A DNA stretch of 64,000 nucleotides from a virus. Location: positions 10,102-74,101 of IMG/VR virus record IMGVR_UViG_3300011115_000844; one strand, given 5' to 3'. The translations under genes were made by a program, and so were the position numbers. Numbering within the stretch: position 1 is the stretch's first letter; each line of letters begins with the position of its first letter. The notes below the pieces were generated by a model. The model ran no database searches. It saw nothing but the letters and a program-made list of their open reading frames with translations, and was not told where the DNA came from. Of this stretch, positions 55,328 through 64,000 are shown in pieces.

Positions 55328-55960
55328 TTATTTATTAAAAGGTTTTTTAAATTTTTCTTTATTCGGTACTCCACCCCACTTGCTGATGTAATATTCTTTG
55401 TTTTGTTCAACATAATCACGCAACGAACTATCTCTTTCGATACTTTGTGACGCTTGATACACATACGGGTTAATCATGGGTATAGAAAATTGCCTTTTAC
55501 CAATTAAACTCATTCTATACGCATAATCGTTATCTTCATAATATGCAGGATAAAAGTTTTCATCAAACTTACCTACTTCTTTGTATGTTTTTTTCGGAAG
55601 TATAAAGGCACACCAATCTTTTGTAGTAACAAAAAAATCTTTTTTGTAGTTAGATAACACATTATCTATTTCCCAATCTTTTTTACCCCAATAAATATCA
55701 TCATTAAGGATAATTGCGTAATCGTTTTCCTTGTAGATTAAATCACATAAAATATTCCATGAAGATGCTACCCCCATGTTCTTTTCATTTTCAATTACAA
55801 TAATGTTTGGGTGCTTTATTTTAGCCGATATATTTTGCTTACCATTATCAACTACATAAATCTTAGTATTAGGAAAATCACGCAGATAAAATAGTAATGC
55901 AGGATGCAATAAATCAATTCGGTTAATAGTTGGTATGCCAATGGCAAATTTGTTTTCCAT
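55328..55960 (-). CDS. GT2 family glycosyltransferase
   Basis: IGIPT, VVDNG, NMGVASSWN, LNDD, FDENFYPAYYEDND. Confidence 0.88.
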   Translation of the reverse strand: MENKFAIGIPTINRIDLLHPALLFYLRDFPNTKIYVVDNGKQNISAKIKHPNIIVIENEKNMGVASSWNILCDLIYKENDYAIILNDDIYWGKKDWEIDNVLSNYKKDFFVTTKDWCAFILPKKTYKEVGKFDENFYPAYYEDNDYAYRMSLIGKRQFSIPMINPYVYQASQSIERDSSLRDYVEQNKEYYISKWGGVPNKEKFKKPFNK

Positions 55961-55971
55961 TTAATCGTTTT

Positions 55972-56463
55972 TTAAATTAAAGCAAAATATTCATTGTTTT
56001 GAAAAACTATATCAAAATAAACTTTTAGATTTTCAGTTAATTGCGTACTTATATAGCTATTAATGTGTATTGGTAATGCAGTAGGTATTTGACCAAAAGG
56101 GTCTATAAAATTATGCGATACCATCCATTGTTCATTAATTCTAATTATCGTTCCATTTTCTCTTGATACCAAATGAATTTTATCCTCTTTCTCTATCTTA
56201 TCCTTATCTTCTGTTATCTTAATTTTTTCCTTATCTTTTTTTTCGCTTTCTTGAACTGCTTGTTTATACATATATTGGGATATAGCCAAAAGACAAGCAT
56301 TGGCTTCATTTTGCTTCTCCATTTCTTTAGCTTGTCTTTTTAAATCAAGATAATCACTTACATCAATTTTAAATTCTAATATTCTTGACTTAGTATGCTC
56401 TGATACATTCCCTTTCTCTTCTAATTGGTTAATTAACCATTCGACTGCTAACTGTTGCTCCAT
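55972..56463 (-). CDS. 'AVEWL...QAKEMEK' family protein
   Basis: Likely start MEQQLAVEWL. Confidence 0.65.
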   Translation of the reverse strand: MEQQLAVEWLINQLEEKGNVSEHTKSRILEFKIDVSDYLDLKRQAKEMEKQNEANACLLAISQYMYKQAVQESEKKDKEKIKITEDKDKIEKEDKIHLVSRENGTIIRINEQWMVSHNFIDPFGQIPTALPIHINSYISTQLTENLKVYFDIVFQNNEYFALI

Positions 56464-56474
56464 TTTAATCGTCT

Positions 56475-56726
56475 TTAAATTAATTCTTGTGGCTTTGTTA
56501 CATCCCATTCTACTGCTTCTAACATTGCTCGTAGTTTTTCTACTCCAACCTTGTTGCGTTTTATACGATAATACACCCACCCGTTTTTAAGTGCTTTACG
56601 TTTGATTTCCCGAAGTCCGTAGTACCTGCCATTATAAGTATATGGCAACTGATACAATTTCCCATCGCACCAACCAAAAAAGGTATCGCCTATTTTAAAT
56701 CCGAATTTTATTGATAAAACTTCCAT
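56475..56726 (-). CDS. hypothetical protein
   Basis: ORF preceded by a promoter. Confidence 0.6.
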   Translation of the reverse strand: MEVLSIKFGFKIGDTFFGWCDGKLYQLPYTYNGRYYGLREIKRKALKNGWVYYRIKRNKVGVEKLRAMLEAVEWDVTKPQELI

Positions 56727-56740
56727 GTGTAAATTTGTGG

Positions 56741-56773
56741 CAAAGTTAAGGCATTAATAAATAATCAACCAAA
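56741..56773 (-). promoter_or_regulatory. Bacteroidota primary-sigma promoter
   Basis: TTTG-N21-TAACTTTG on -. Confidence 0.6.
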
Positions 56774-56779
56774 ATTTAT

Positions 56780-57007
56780 TTATAATTTATCTTTCAAATA
56801 ATCAAGAAAGAAATTTTCCCTTGCATGATTTTTATCTATAAATAATTCATTTTTTGGCAATGGACTAAAACTTGAATGTATATTCATATAATTACTTGCA
56901 TTAAGTTCGTTGTGATATGGGTATTGAATAGGATTATTTAAAGACCTATATGCTTTTGCCATTATTGATTTGTATATTCCTAAAGGTAGTTTGTCAATTG
57001 ATTCCAT
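56780..57007 (-). CDS. hypothetical protein
   Basis: Translationally coupled ORF. Confidence 0.5.
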   Translation of the reverse strand: MESIDKLPLGIYKSIMAKAYRSLNNPIQYPYHNELNASNYMNIHSSFSPLPKNELFIDKNHARENFFLDYLKDKL

Positions 57008-57366
57008 TATAATAATATTTCTCCCGTTTCTTCATCAACAATATAATTATTCCCTATTCCTCCGTCTGAAAATAAATCTTGTACTTCCATTTTCCTATTT
57101 CTATTTCTTGGTTGCTTTTTAATTACTTCATTAAAATATAAATCATTGTACCATTTGCCATTATATAATTTAGCATCAGAATAAACAGTTCCACTTATTG
57201 TATCATTTTTTTTAATTCCCTTCTCTTCAAATTTCTTTTTCCAAATTCCAAAAATAGAAACAATAATTAAAACACTCTTACCCCTAATATTTCTGCACAA
57301 TACTATTTGTGCTGATTTATCAGATATTTTATTAATCAAAAATACTTTAGCTTTTAATTCAAACAA
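57007..57366 (-). CDS. putative OB-fold ssDNA-binding protein
   Basis: Beta-rich, YNGKWYNDL motif, acidic tail; located in the replication module. Confidence 0.5.
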   Translation of the reverse strand: MFELKAKVFLINKISDKSAQIVLCRNIRGKSVLIIVSIFGIWKKKFEEKGIKKNDTISGTVYSDAKLYNGKWYNDLYFNEVIKKQPRNRNRKMEVQDLFSDGGIGNNYIVDEETGEILL

Positions 57367-58201
57367 AATCTTCTAATTTAATTTTTGAAATTAATTCTTG
57401 AATTTTTATTTTACTGAATAATTTACCAACACAATAATTCCTTGCATGATGTTTTTGCCAATAATCAGTATCGAATTTATTTTTATTAAATAATACATCG
57501 TAGTGTTTATTAAATAACGCATTAGCTTTTTCATTTCCATACGCCATTGCTTCATCAATTAATTGTTTATCAATTTCTATATTATTTGTTCTTTTGAGAA
57601 AACTGTAAACAGTATTAAATAAATCGTTTACTTCTCCACTTGTATTATACTGCTCATAAAAATAATTAATTAAATCAATTGTGGCATCCATTTTTTCTTG
57701 TGGACTTAATTTCTTTTCTTTTTCAATTTTCTGCTTTGCAATAATTTCATTCGCTTTTAATTTATTATATACATCAAGCCGATATTGTTTGTAAGCATTT
57801 AATATCCTGCTAACATACATTGGTGTAAATGTATTATAGGTTTTAACGTCAACATCTAATTTATCAGTTAAACTTAAATCTATTGCTAATGATATTTCCT
57901 CTAATGTTAAATACGGATAATTGCTGATAACGAATTTTGATATTAATGCTAATTCTTGTGCTATTTCGTCTTCATCTTGATTGATTGAACTAACCCCCGA
58001 CATCCAACGCCATTTAGCCAATAATCCAATTAATGTATCAATATGTTCATTATTGGAATATTGCTTTATTGATTTATTATGAAATGCTAAATTGAAATTA
58101 TATTCTTCTTGATTCTGTACAAATTTAATTAAAGTATTCTCTTGCTTTTCTTGAAGCATTTGTGAGTTTTTCGATATTAGTTGGTTTTTTGACTGCTCCA
58201 T
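57359..58201 (-). CDS. replication-module protein (helicase-loader-like position)
   Basis: Follows the initiator; YPYLTLEEISLA...FTPMYVSRILNAY. Confidence 0.5.
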   Translation of the reverse strand: MEQSKNQLISKNSQMLQEKQENTLIKFVQNQEEYNFNLAFHNKSIKQYSNNEHIDTLIGLLAKWRWMSGVSSINQDEDEIAQELALISKFVISNYPYLTLEEISLAIDLSLTDKLDVDVKTYNTFTPMYVSRILNAYKQYRLDVYNKLKANEIIAKQKIEKEKKLSPQEKMDATIDLINYFYEQYNTSGEVNDLFNTVYSFLKRTNNIEIDKQLIDEAMAYGNEKANALFNKHYDVLFNKNKFDTDYWQKHHARNYCVGKLFSKIKIQELISKIKLEDFV

Positions 58202-58730
58202 TTTTTTCTTTTATTTCGTTAATCGGTTCGTTTAAATAATTTTCAAATTTACTTGTTTGAAATAAAGTAATTGGTCTTAGATATTTTTGTTGTGATGTTC
58301 CAAGCCATTGTGAACACTTTAAATCAATAACACGCTGAAAATCAGATATTGTATAACCTTCTTTAATTCGTGCCAAAATACACGCTTTATTTGTTTCTGA
58401 TAATGTATAAGATGAACTTGACTTAGAATTAAGATATTCAATAACCTTAGTAATTAATTCAATATTATTATCTGAATACTTTTTTTCTTTTTTTTCATCT
58501 ACGAATTTAAAACCATCTTTGAAAAACACCATCCCAAAATCGTATGCTTCTTTAATCGTTTCTATATTAATGTTTTTACCCTCCATATCATTAATAAATA
58601 ATTCCACAAAATCGGGTTTAAATAAATGGTCAGTATAATCTGCTAACCATTTCATCCAATAAATACGAATGTGATGATGTTTTTCGCCAATGGCTTTTAA
58701 AAATTCTAATGGTATTAAAATTGATTTCAT
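58125..58730 (-). CDS. phage replication initiator with Phg_2220_C-like domain
   Basis: IEYLN...ARIKEGYT..DF..VID.K...W...YLRPITLF..KFENYLN. Confidence 0.85.
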   Translation of the reverse strand: MKSILIPLEFLKAIGEKHHHIRIYWMKWLADYTDHLFKPDFVELFINDMEGKNINIETIKEAYDFGMVFFKDGFKFVDEKKEKKYSDNNIELITKVIEYLNSKSSSSYTLSETNKACILARIKEGYTISDFQRVIDLKCSQWLGTSQQKYLRPITLFQTSKFENYLNEPINEIKEKNGAVKKPTNIEKLTNASRKAREYFN

Positions 58731-58918
58731 TAAAAATAATTAATAATGTCTATTCTTCTGTAAAGTATTACCAATAATTCTGCTTCTTTAATTGAATCAT
58801 CAAATTTGGCTACAAATAATTCAATTAGCTTTTTACAACAATCAATGTGAAAAGTATTATTACTGCTTTCAATAGCATCTTTAACCCAATCGTAGCATTT
58901 CATTTTAATATCTTCCAT
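58730..58918 (-). CDS. hypothetical protein
   Basis: Translationally coupled ORF. Confidence 0.55.
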   Translation of the reverse strand: MEDIKMKCYDWVKDAIESSNNTFHIDCCKKLIELFVAKFDDSIKEAELLVILYRRIDIINYF

Positions 58919-58936
58919 AATTATTTATTTAATTAA

Positions 58937-59140
58937 TTACTCGACAATATCGTCAATTTTTACACCTAATGTATCTGATATTAACTTTGCAGTTTTCATC
59001 GTAACATTTTTTATTATTCCATTTACAATTTTTGAAATACGGTCATCGCCAAGAAAAACATTTTGCTTTTCTAATATTGCACGTTGCAAATCTCGTTGTG
59101 TCATGTTTTTATCAATTAGCAATTTTTGTAGCTTAGTCAT
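58937..59140 (-). CDS. XRE/Cro-like HTH regulator
   Basis: LLIDKNMTQRDL...ISKIVNG...ISDTLGVKIDDI. Confidence 0.85.
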   Translation of the reverse strand: MTKLQKLLIDKNMTQRDLQRAILEKQNVFLGDDRISKIVNGIIKNVTMKTAKLISDTLGVKIDDIVE

Positions 59141-59188
59141 TTTTTATTTATTTAATTATTTAATTAAGGATATTGGATTTTAAATTAA

Positions 59189-59449
59189 TTATTTAGGAAA
59201 CGAAACTAATTTATATAATCTGTAATGAGAAGGATTACCGTACCTATCTTTTTTATTTACATCGGTATGTGTAAATTCCCATTTGTATGTGTTTTTCAAA
59301 ATGAATATTCTTGCAGGTAATCTTGTTTCTCCAAATAATTCAATTGCCCTCCAAGTATCAATTGTTTTTTTCTTTTTAATATATTCTTTTAATTTTTTGA
59401 ATTTTGTTTCTCTTGGATTTTCCATTTTTTTGTTTTTTAAATTTTCCAT
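59189..59449 (-). CDS. winged HTH protein
   Basis: IDTWRAIELFGETRLPARIFILK...Y.L. Confidence 0.7.
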   Translation of the reverse strand: MENLKNKKMENPRETKFKKLKEYIKKKKTIDTWRAIELFGETRLPARIFILKNTYKWEFTHTDVNKKDRYGNPSHYRLYKLVSFPK

Positions 59450-59473
59450 TGTTTTTGGTTTTTGTTTTTAAAA

Positions 59474-59752
59474 TTATATTTTCTTTTCATTTAGGTATTT
59501 TTCAATATCTTTTTTTAAATCGTTGTAGTGGAGCATAAAATACCTTTCCTTATTAAATACCCCAACGTCTTGACCATGCCCATCTGCTTTAGAAGGGTCG
59601 TGAAAATCATGGCAGTAATGGTGCAATTCGTTTTTGACAACCCAATCCCAAAACTTTGAGATGGGTATATCAATAAACTTATCAGTATCAAGCAGGTGTA
59701 CTTCGATTATCTCTAAATCGGTTAATACGTCAAAACTAAAATCTATTTGCAT
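59474..59752 (-). CDS. hypothetical protein
   Basis: Likely start MQIDF. Confidence 0.55.
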   Translation of the reverse strand: MQIDFSFDVLTDLEIIEVHLLDTDKFIDIPISKFWDWVVKNELHHYCHDFHDPSKADGHGQDVGVFNKERYFMLHYNDLKKDIEKYLNEKKI

Positions 59753-59759
59753 TTTTATT

Positions 59760-60170
59760 TTATTTAATGGTTTCCAATATATTCTGAATATGCCAAGATA
59801 TTCCTTTAAGTCGTAATTTTTTTGCTTCCAATGTATCATTCATGAAGATATCATACATCATTATTACGGAATCTATAACATCTTGCTTTGTATAAATTAT
59901 TTCTTTTTCTGTGTGGGTAGTCGGCTTTTCCGACATACCACTTTCCCTACTTCTAAAAGTTTCAGCAAAATAATCATCAAAGTCACAACTTGCTCTACTT
60001 AAATTACCACCTCTTTTGCAAAACTGCTCAATAGCACTATCCCATGTATTACCATGTTGTTGCTTTTCCATTTTAATGGCTTTCTTTACAGTTATTAAAT
60101 TATCGGGTTCTCCTATTAATAACCCTTGTTGTTTTAACATATCAACTAACCATTCTACTGATGTTTGCAT
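59760..60170 (-). CDS. 'TSVEWL...AIKMEK' family protein
   Basis: Paralogous N-terminus. Confidence 0.65.
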   Translation of the reverse strand: MQTSVEWLVDMLKQQGLLIGEPDNLITVKKAIKMEKQQHGNTWDSAIEQFCKRGGNLSRASCDFDDYFAETFRSRESGMSEKPTTHTEKEIIYTKQDVIDSVIMMYDIFMNDTLEAKKLRLKGISWHIQNILETIK

Positions 60171-60182
60171 AGTATTTTATTT

Positions 60183-60410
60183 TTAATGTTTCCAACCTAA
60201 TTTTAAGTCATTAATATTTGTTAATGCAGATGTATAATTTTTAAAATTATCCCAATCTCCTGCACAATTATAAACTACTCTTACATGATTTGGAAAATCG
60301 GGTACTTCTTTTACCATACCATTTTCCCATTTATCTTCACCATAATAAGGGGGTTGATAATGAACTTTACCTCCAATCCTTAGTTTTGATATATCAATTT
60401 TCTGTTCCAT
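60183..60410 (-). CDS. small SH3-like hypothetical protein
   Basis: IGGKVHY...ENGMVK...VRVVY. Confidence 0.6.
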   Translation of the reverse strand: MEQKIDISKLRIGGKVHYQPPYYGEDKWENGMVKEVPDFPNHVRVVYNCAGDWDNFKNYTSALTNINDLKLGWKH

Positions 60411-60431
60411 AATCGTTTTGTTTTAAGTTAT

Positions 60432-61466
60432 TTATAAGTTTTCAATTTGTGTTTTTGCCCAATTCTTAAATAATTCAAACTTTATTAAAATATCAACTGC
60501 TACTTGGTCATGAATAGGAGCATCTGCAATGTCAAATTTTTCTACCCATACCATCAGTTGTTTCTTAATGGGTGCTTTAGCCAATTTCTTTGCTTCTTTA
60601 ATCGCCTTTTCTTCTTCAAGTTGTTTTAGACGGTCTGCTTCCTCAAACTCCTTTTCTATTCGGTTTAACTCCTCCACAAGTAGTTTACGTTCTAATTCAT
60701 CATCGGCTTGTTTTTTCCTCATGGCTTCATTCTCTTCACGCAATCTTTGTTGTTCGGCATCAAACTGTTCTTTACGCATCTTAGTTGATGTAACCAACCC
60801 TTCATAATACTTTTCAGATAACTTTGAAAAATTCATTTGTTTTTGGTCTTCATCTAAAAAACTCCAAAACTCAATTAATTCAGATTTTCTTTTTTCATGC
60901 AGTTTCTTACTATGCTCTTCGGCTTCTCTTTGTACATGAGCAATCCTTTCGGCTTCCATTCTTTCGTTGTAAGATTTTTTCTTTATTTCTACATACGCTA
61001 AAAAAATATCCTCTTCCATTACTTTGAAATTAAATAAATTAACTTCTTCTCCAATGGCTAAAAATGGCTTTACAACATCAAATCTTTTTTGTGCCAACTC
61101 CTGCAACCTTGCATTCTCCATTTCCTCTAAATAGTTCTCAATACGCTTTAACTCTTCTTCCTTACCTTGACTTGCGAATAGTTGTGCGTTCTTCCAACCG
61201 TCAACGTAGCGACCACCATTTAGGTAAAACGCTTTCTGCTTCTTGTGGGTGTCTTCGGTGGCTTTTCGTACAATTCGGTATTCGTTCCTTAAATCCTTCG
61301 CCAATTTTGATGTATTTACTTCACCAATAGGCATTAGAATAACCTCGTTAAACCTTTCCTCCAACTCAACCATTTTGTTGAGCATGGGGAGGAATTGGTC
61401 TTTAATGTTTTGAGCCGTTTCATCGGTCAAACCAAAATCAATCGGGTTTACTTTAATTAGTTCCAT
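60432..61466 (-). CDS. coiled-coil phage protein
   Basis: E/K/R-rich helices; HKKQKAFYLNGGRYVD. Confidence 0.7.
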   Translation of the reverse strand: MELIKVNPIDFGLTDETAQNIKDQFLPMLNKMVELEERFNEVILMPIGEVNTSKLAKDLRNEYRIVRKATEDTHKKQKAFYLNGGRYVDGWKNAQLFASQGKEEELKRIENYLEEMENARLQELAQKRFDVVKPFLAIGEEVNLFNFKVMEEDIFLAYVEIKKKSYNERMEAERIAHVQREAEEHSKKLHEKRKSELIEFWSFLDEDQKQMNFSKLSEKYYEGLVTSTKMRKEQFDAEQQRLREENEAMRKKQADDELERKLLVEELNRIEKEFEEADRLKQLEEEKAIKEAKKLAKAPIKKQLMVWVEKFDIADAPIHDQVAVDILIKFELFKNWAKTQIENL

Positions 61467-61737
61467 GAATAATGTTGTTTAAAGTGAGTAATGCTTTTTG
61501 ATATTGCTCTAAAAATGTTTCCTCTGTAACCTCTGTTCCCTTTTCTAATAATTCAGCTACTTCGTTTACAAAGTGGCTACCTTCATTGTAATTAAAATGA
61601 ACGATAATATAATCACCTGCTTTTGTCATACCCTTATCGCATATTTTTACAATAGTTGAACCATAATATGCTTTGATATACTTTGGTGTTTCAATAATAA
61701 TTGTTTCCTCTGTTGTTTTTTTGATTTTTAACTGCAT
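61453..61737 (-). CDS. hypothetical protein
   Basis: ORF in operon. Confidence 0.6.
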   Translation of the reverse strand: MQLKIKKTTEETIIIETPKYIKAYYGSTIVKICDKGMTKAGDYIIVHFNYNEGSHFVNEVAELLEKGTEVTEETFLEQYQKALLTLNNIIHGTN

Positions 61738-61775
61738 AGCGTTTGTTTTATTTGATTTTAAAATGATTTTAATGA

Positions 61776-62144
61776 TTAGTTACCCATTACAAGATTTGCG
61801 TAAGATTTCGCCTTAAATTCGCTTATAAAGTGTATTTGCTTTGATAATACTTCAATATCCGATTTTACGTCAACCGAATCGCCTTCCATATCAGTACCCA
61901 AGATAATAGCGTTCCCACACAATGGTACTTGCCAATCTTCCATAATGAACCCACCTTTAATTTTATCTACATCAAGTAGAATTTCATCGTCTGCGTAAAT
62001 AGTATCTTCATTTTCAAAAGATACGGGGCAACAAAAACAACTGCATTCGTTACCAATAGCTTCATAAATAGGGTTTAAACCATCTTCGATAGTGATGTAC
62101 TCCAATGTTTGTTTTTGAACGTCAATTTTGATTGCTTTTTTCAT
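61776..62144 (-). CDS. DUF3846-like protein
   Basis: IYEAIG...IYADDE...LCGNAIILG.D.EGDS. Confidence 0.65.
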   Translation of the reverse strand: MKKAIKIDVQKQTLEYITIEDGLNPIYEAIGNECSCFCCPVSFENEDTIYADDEILLDVDKIKGGFIMEDWQVPLCGNAIILGTDMEGDSVDVKSDIEVLSKQIHFISEFKAKSYANLVMGN

Positions 62145-62272
62145 GTTTTGATTTTTTGGTTTTGATTGATTATAAAAGGTTAAAAATAGCGTTACCCAAT
62201 AAGGATAACACTATTGCTATGATAACTACTAAGGTTGCTTGTTTTGAGGTTAAATCGTTCATGAGTAATGGA

Positions 62273-62629
62273 TTAATATGCGTAAACAATAGCTTCTTCG
62301 TTCTTACGAGCCAAATATTTTAAAAATAGGTTTTTAGCGTGTTTAAAGTCCTTTACACTTGCTTCCATAACCCAATTAGGTATGTAAATCTTTACATCCT
62401 TTTCGAAGCTACCAAAATCAACCCTGCAAATCCAACCCGTATATTTTTTGTTGGAAACTTCGTTTACATCAAGTAAGCTATGTGAACACCATTGGTAAAT
62501 ACCTTCGATAAATGAGCCACATATTTCAGCGTACTCTTGTGCTTCACCTATTCCGTAACAATGTGTAGCAATACCGATTTTAAGAATTAATGAATCGTCT
62601 GTTTCAAGATAATCTTTTAATTGTTTCAT
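62273..62629 (-). CDS. hypothetical protein
   Basis: ORF with its own promoter. Confidence 0.6.
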   Translation of the reverse strand: MKQLKDYLETDDSLILKIGIATHCYGIGEAQEYAEICGSFIEGIYQWCSHSLLDVNEVSNKKYTGWICRVDFGSFEKDVKIYIPNWVMEASVKDFKHAKNLFLKYLARKNEEAIVYAY

Positions 62630-62662
62630 GTTTTTGATTTTTAAGTTTTTGATTGATTTCTA

Positions 62663-62694
62663 CAAAATTAAAGAGGTTTGTTTTAAATAACAAA
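62663..62694 (-). promoter_or_regulatory. Bacteroidota primary-sigma promoter
   Basis: TTTG-N20-TAATTTTG on -. Confidence 0.7.
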
Positions 62695-62702
62695 TTTATT
62701 TT

Positions 62703-62975
62703 TTAAGACAAGTAATTTATTTTGATTTTATCCATAATACCCTTAATAGTTTTTCTTCGCTTAACTTTACTGACATCTACATTAACCCGAATATCCCAAC
62801 CTGCTTGTAATAGTTCGTCAATACCTTTTTCAGCATCTTCAAAAGATTTGAAATTAATTGCACCATAGCTTTTACGAACAACAAGATAATCGCCTAAACT
62901 TTTTGTTATACTTAATTTTGGTGCTTTAACACCTTCTTGTAATTCCTTTAATCTTTGATAGGTTTCTTTTTTCAT
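62703..62975 (-). CDS. hypothetical protein
   Basis: ORF in the early region. Confidence 0.55.
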   Translation of the reverse strand: MKKETYQRLKELQEGVKAPKLSITKSLGDYLVVRKSYGAINFKSFEDAEKGIDELLQAGWDIRVNVDVSKVKRRKTIKGIMDKIKINYLS

Positions 62976-62983
62976 GTTTTAAA

Positions 62984-63235
62984 TTATTGTCTTCCTATTT
63001 TAGTAATTGGTTTACCATTAAAACGCCACTCACAATTTTCGCCACAATCTACATCGTGAATATCATTCTTTATAGCACCACAAGTACATTTTCTCATATT
63101 CAAGTATTGAGGACTTTCTTTGAACCAATCTTGTTTGATTAGCCACATCTGATAAGCATTGGGAGTGTTGCAGAATTTAGTTCCTTTGTATTTACCAAAC
63201 TTCAATACAAAGTTTACGTAGTTTACATTTTCCAT
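62984..63235 (-). CDS. FGKYKG-motif (DUF3820-like) protein
   Basis: LKFGKYKG...P.AY..WL; start moved to MENVN. Confidence 0.65.
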   Translation of the reverse strand: MENVNYVNFVLKFGKYKGTKFCNTPNAYQMWLIKQDWFKESPQYLNMRKCTCGAIKNDIHDVDCGENCEWRFNGKPITKIGRQ

Positions 63236-63253
63236 GTTTTTGATTGTTTGGTG

Positions 63254-63285
63254 CAAACATACGAATGTTTATTTTATAAAACAAA
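63254..63285 (-). promoter_or_regulatory. Bacteroidota primary-sigma promoter
   Basis: TTTG-N20-TATGTTTG on -. Confidence 0.7.
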
Positions 63286-63567
63286 TTTGGTTTTTATAAC
63301 AAAGAAACTTGTTTTATTAAAATATTCACAACATTTTTAAACACTCTTTCCTTCCCTTCTTTCCTCCATCCCCTTCCCTTCACCCTACTCTTTTCCAATC
63401 CTCGATTTTTACCCCGTTTCCTGCCCTCCCACACCCCTTCTCCCCCCAAACATACATCCCGTATCTCCAACGCCACCCCAAAACTGACAAAAAAGATATA
63501 AAAAATAAAAAAATCGAATTTTTGAAAAATTGAAAAATTGAATTTATTAAATAATTATAGTATTTAA

Positions 63568-63665
63568 AGGTTACACCCACCTCTTTTAGCATAGGTTACA
63601 GTATTCTCCTTGTTACCCTTAGAGTAATACCCTTTACACCCTTCGCATAGGTTACACCCTTATCC
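63568..63665. repeat. cluster of short direct repeats (GGTTACACCC / GCATAGGTTACA / TTAC(A)CCCTT)
   Basis: GCATAGGTTACA at 63589 and 63645, GGTTACACCC at 63569 and 63650, plus variants. Confidence 0.65.
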
Positions 63666-64000
63666 TTGCTACCATGTACCTGCGTTATATCCCTTACGTT
63701 ATACTTCCCTTATCCGTACCTCGTTACACTCGGCACTCCACTCTGCTACCTTGTACCATCGTTTGTCTACCGTACACCCTATCGCACACCGTATCCGTAC
63801 AAGGCACACATCATTCGTTCCTCATTCGTACACCATACAACATTCGTTTTTCGCTTTCTTCCTCCTTTCTTCATTTTCATTTAGAAACTTGTCTTATCAA
63901 AATTTACCAATTTTTCTTTGCGACTAACGTACATGGTTATACGAAGTTGCACTAACGTATATCTACACACGCTACACACGAATATATTGTACGTATACTG

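Larger units (their letters stand above)
1..64000. mobile_element. Bacteriophage genome segment, probably a tailless membrane-containing dsDNA virus of Bacteroidota
   Basis: Phage-type gene content throughout (RecT, phage replication initiator, homing endonucleases, fibres with an S74 chaperone, A32-like ATPase). No housekeeping genes. Bacteroidota-type promoters. Confidence 0.9.

Noticed and set aside
12410-60420. Recurring AAACGAT(T/G)AAA-like sequence before several start codons
   Set aside because: Consistent with ordinary A-rich Bacteroidota translation leaders; too short and variable to call an operator.
6529-62323. Numerous + strand ORFs in the track (e.g. 38247..38849, 46182..46715, 29754..30095)
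   Set aside because: Antisense shadows of well-supported - strand genes, with no motifs or leaders.
63294-63955. ORFs in the terminal region
   Set aside because: Composition is dictated by repeats and strand skew; no plausible leaders.
1-64000. CRISPR array, tRNA or rRNA genes
   Set aside because: No regularly spaced repeat-spacer units or cloverleaf/rRNA-like segments seen; intergenic space is minimal.

Overview
AT-rich, densely coded bacteriophage DNA from a Bacteroidota host, inferred from several TAnnTTTG -7 boxes (three paired with a TTTG -33 box at 20-21 bp) and A-rich leaders without Shine-Dalgarno sequences. Only 1-4.4 kb (nuclease, RecT, small genes) and one micro-ORF read on +; everything else reads on -. 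I see no terminase, portal, HK97 capsid or tail-tube genes. The morphogenesis region instead has an A32/FtsK-HerA-type packaging ATPase, a beta-rich candidate jelly-roll capsid protein with a paralogue, about 25 small single-pass membrane proteins, a HEXXH protease, membrane-anchored wall hydrolase/binding proteins and three spike proteins sharing an N-terminal tag. This fits an unusually large tailless virus with an internal membrane. The most striking signal is a set of large polyvalent proteins (GNAT-, ART-PolyVal-, DUF2958-, DUF3140- and DUF5661-like modules) whose domains are separated by a repeated [FYM]-A-x-G-G linker. A related [FY]-x-N-A-x-G motif recurs in the structural proteins, suggesting protease-processed polyprotein cargo. 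Other features are a GT9/sulfotransferase/APS-kinase/nucleotidyltransferase/DUF2061 module beside two Cys-rich fibres, a class 3 intein in a MoxR-like ATPase, three free-standing homing endonucleases and a second glycosylation cluster. All family assignments come from motif recognition by eye; no searches were run.
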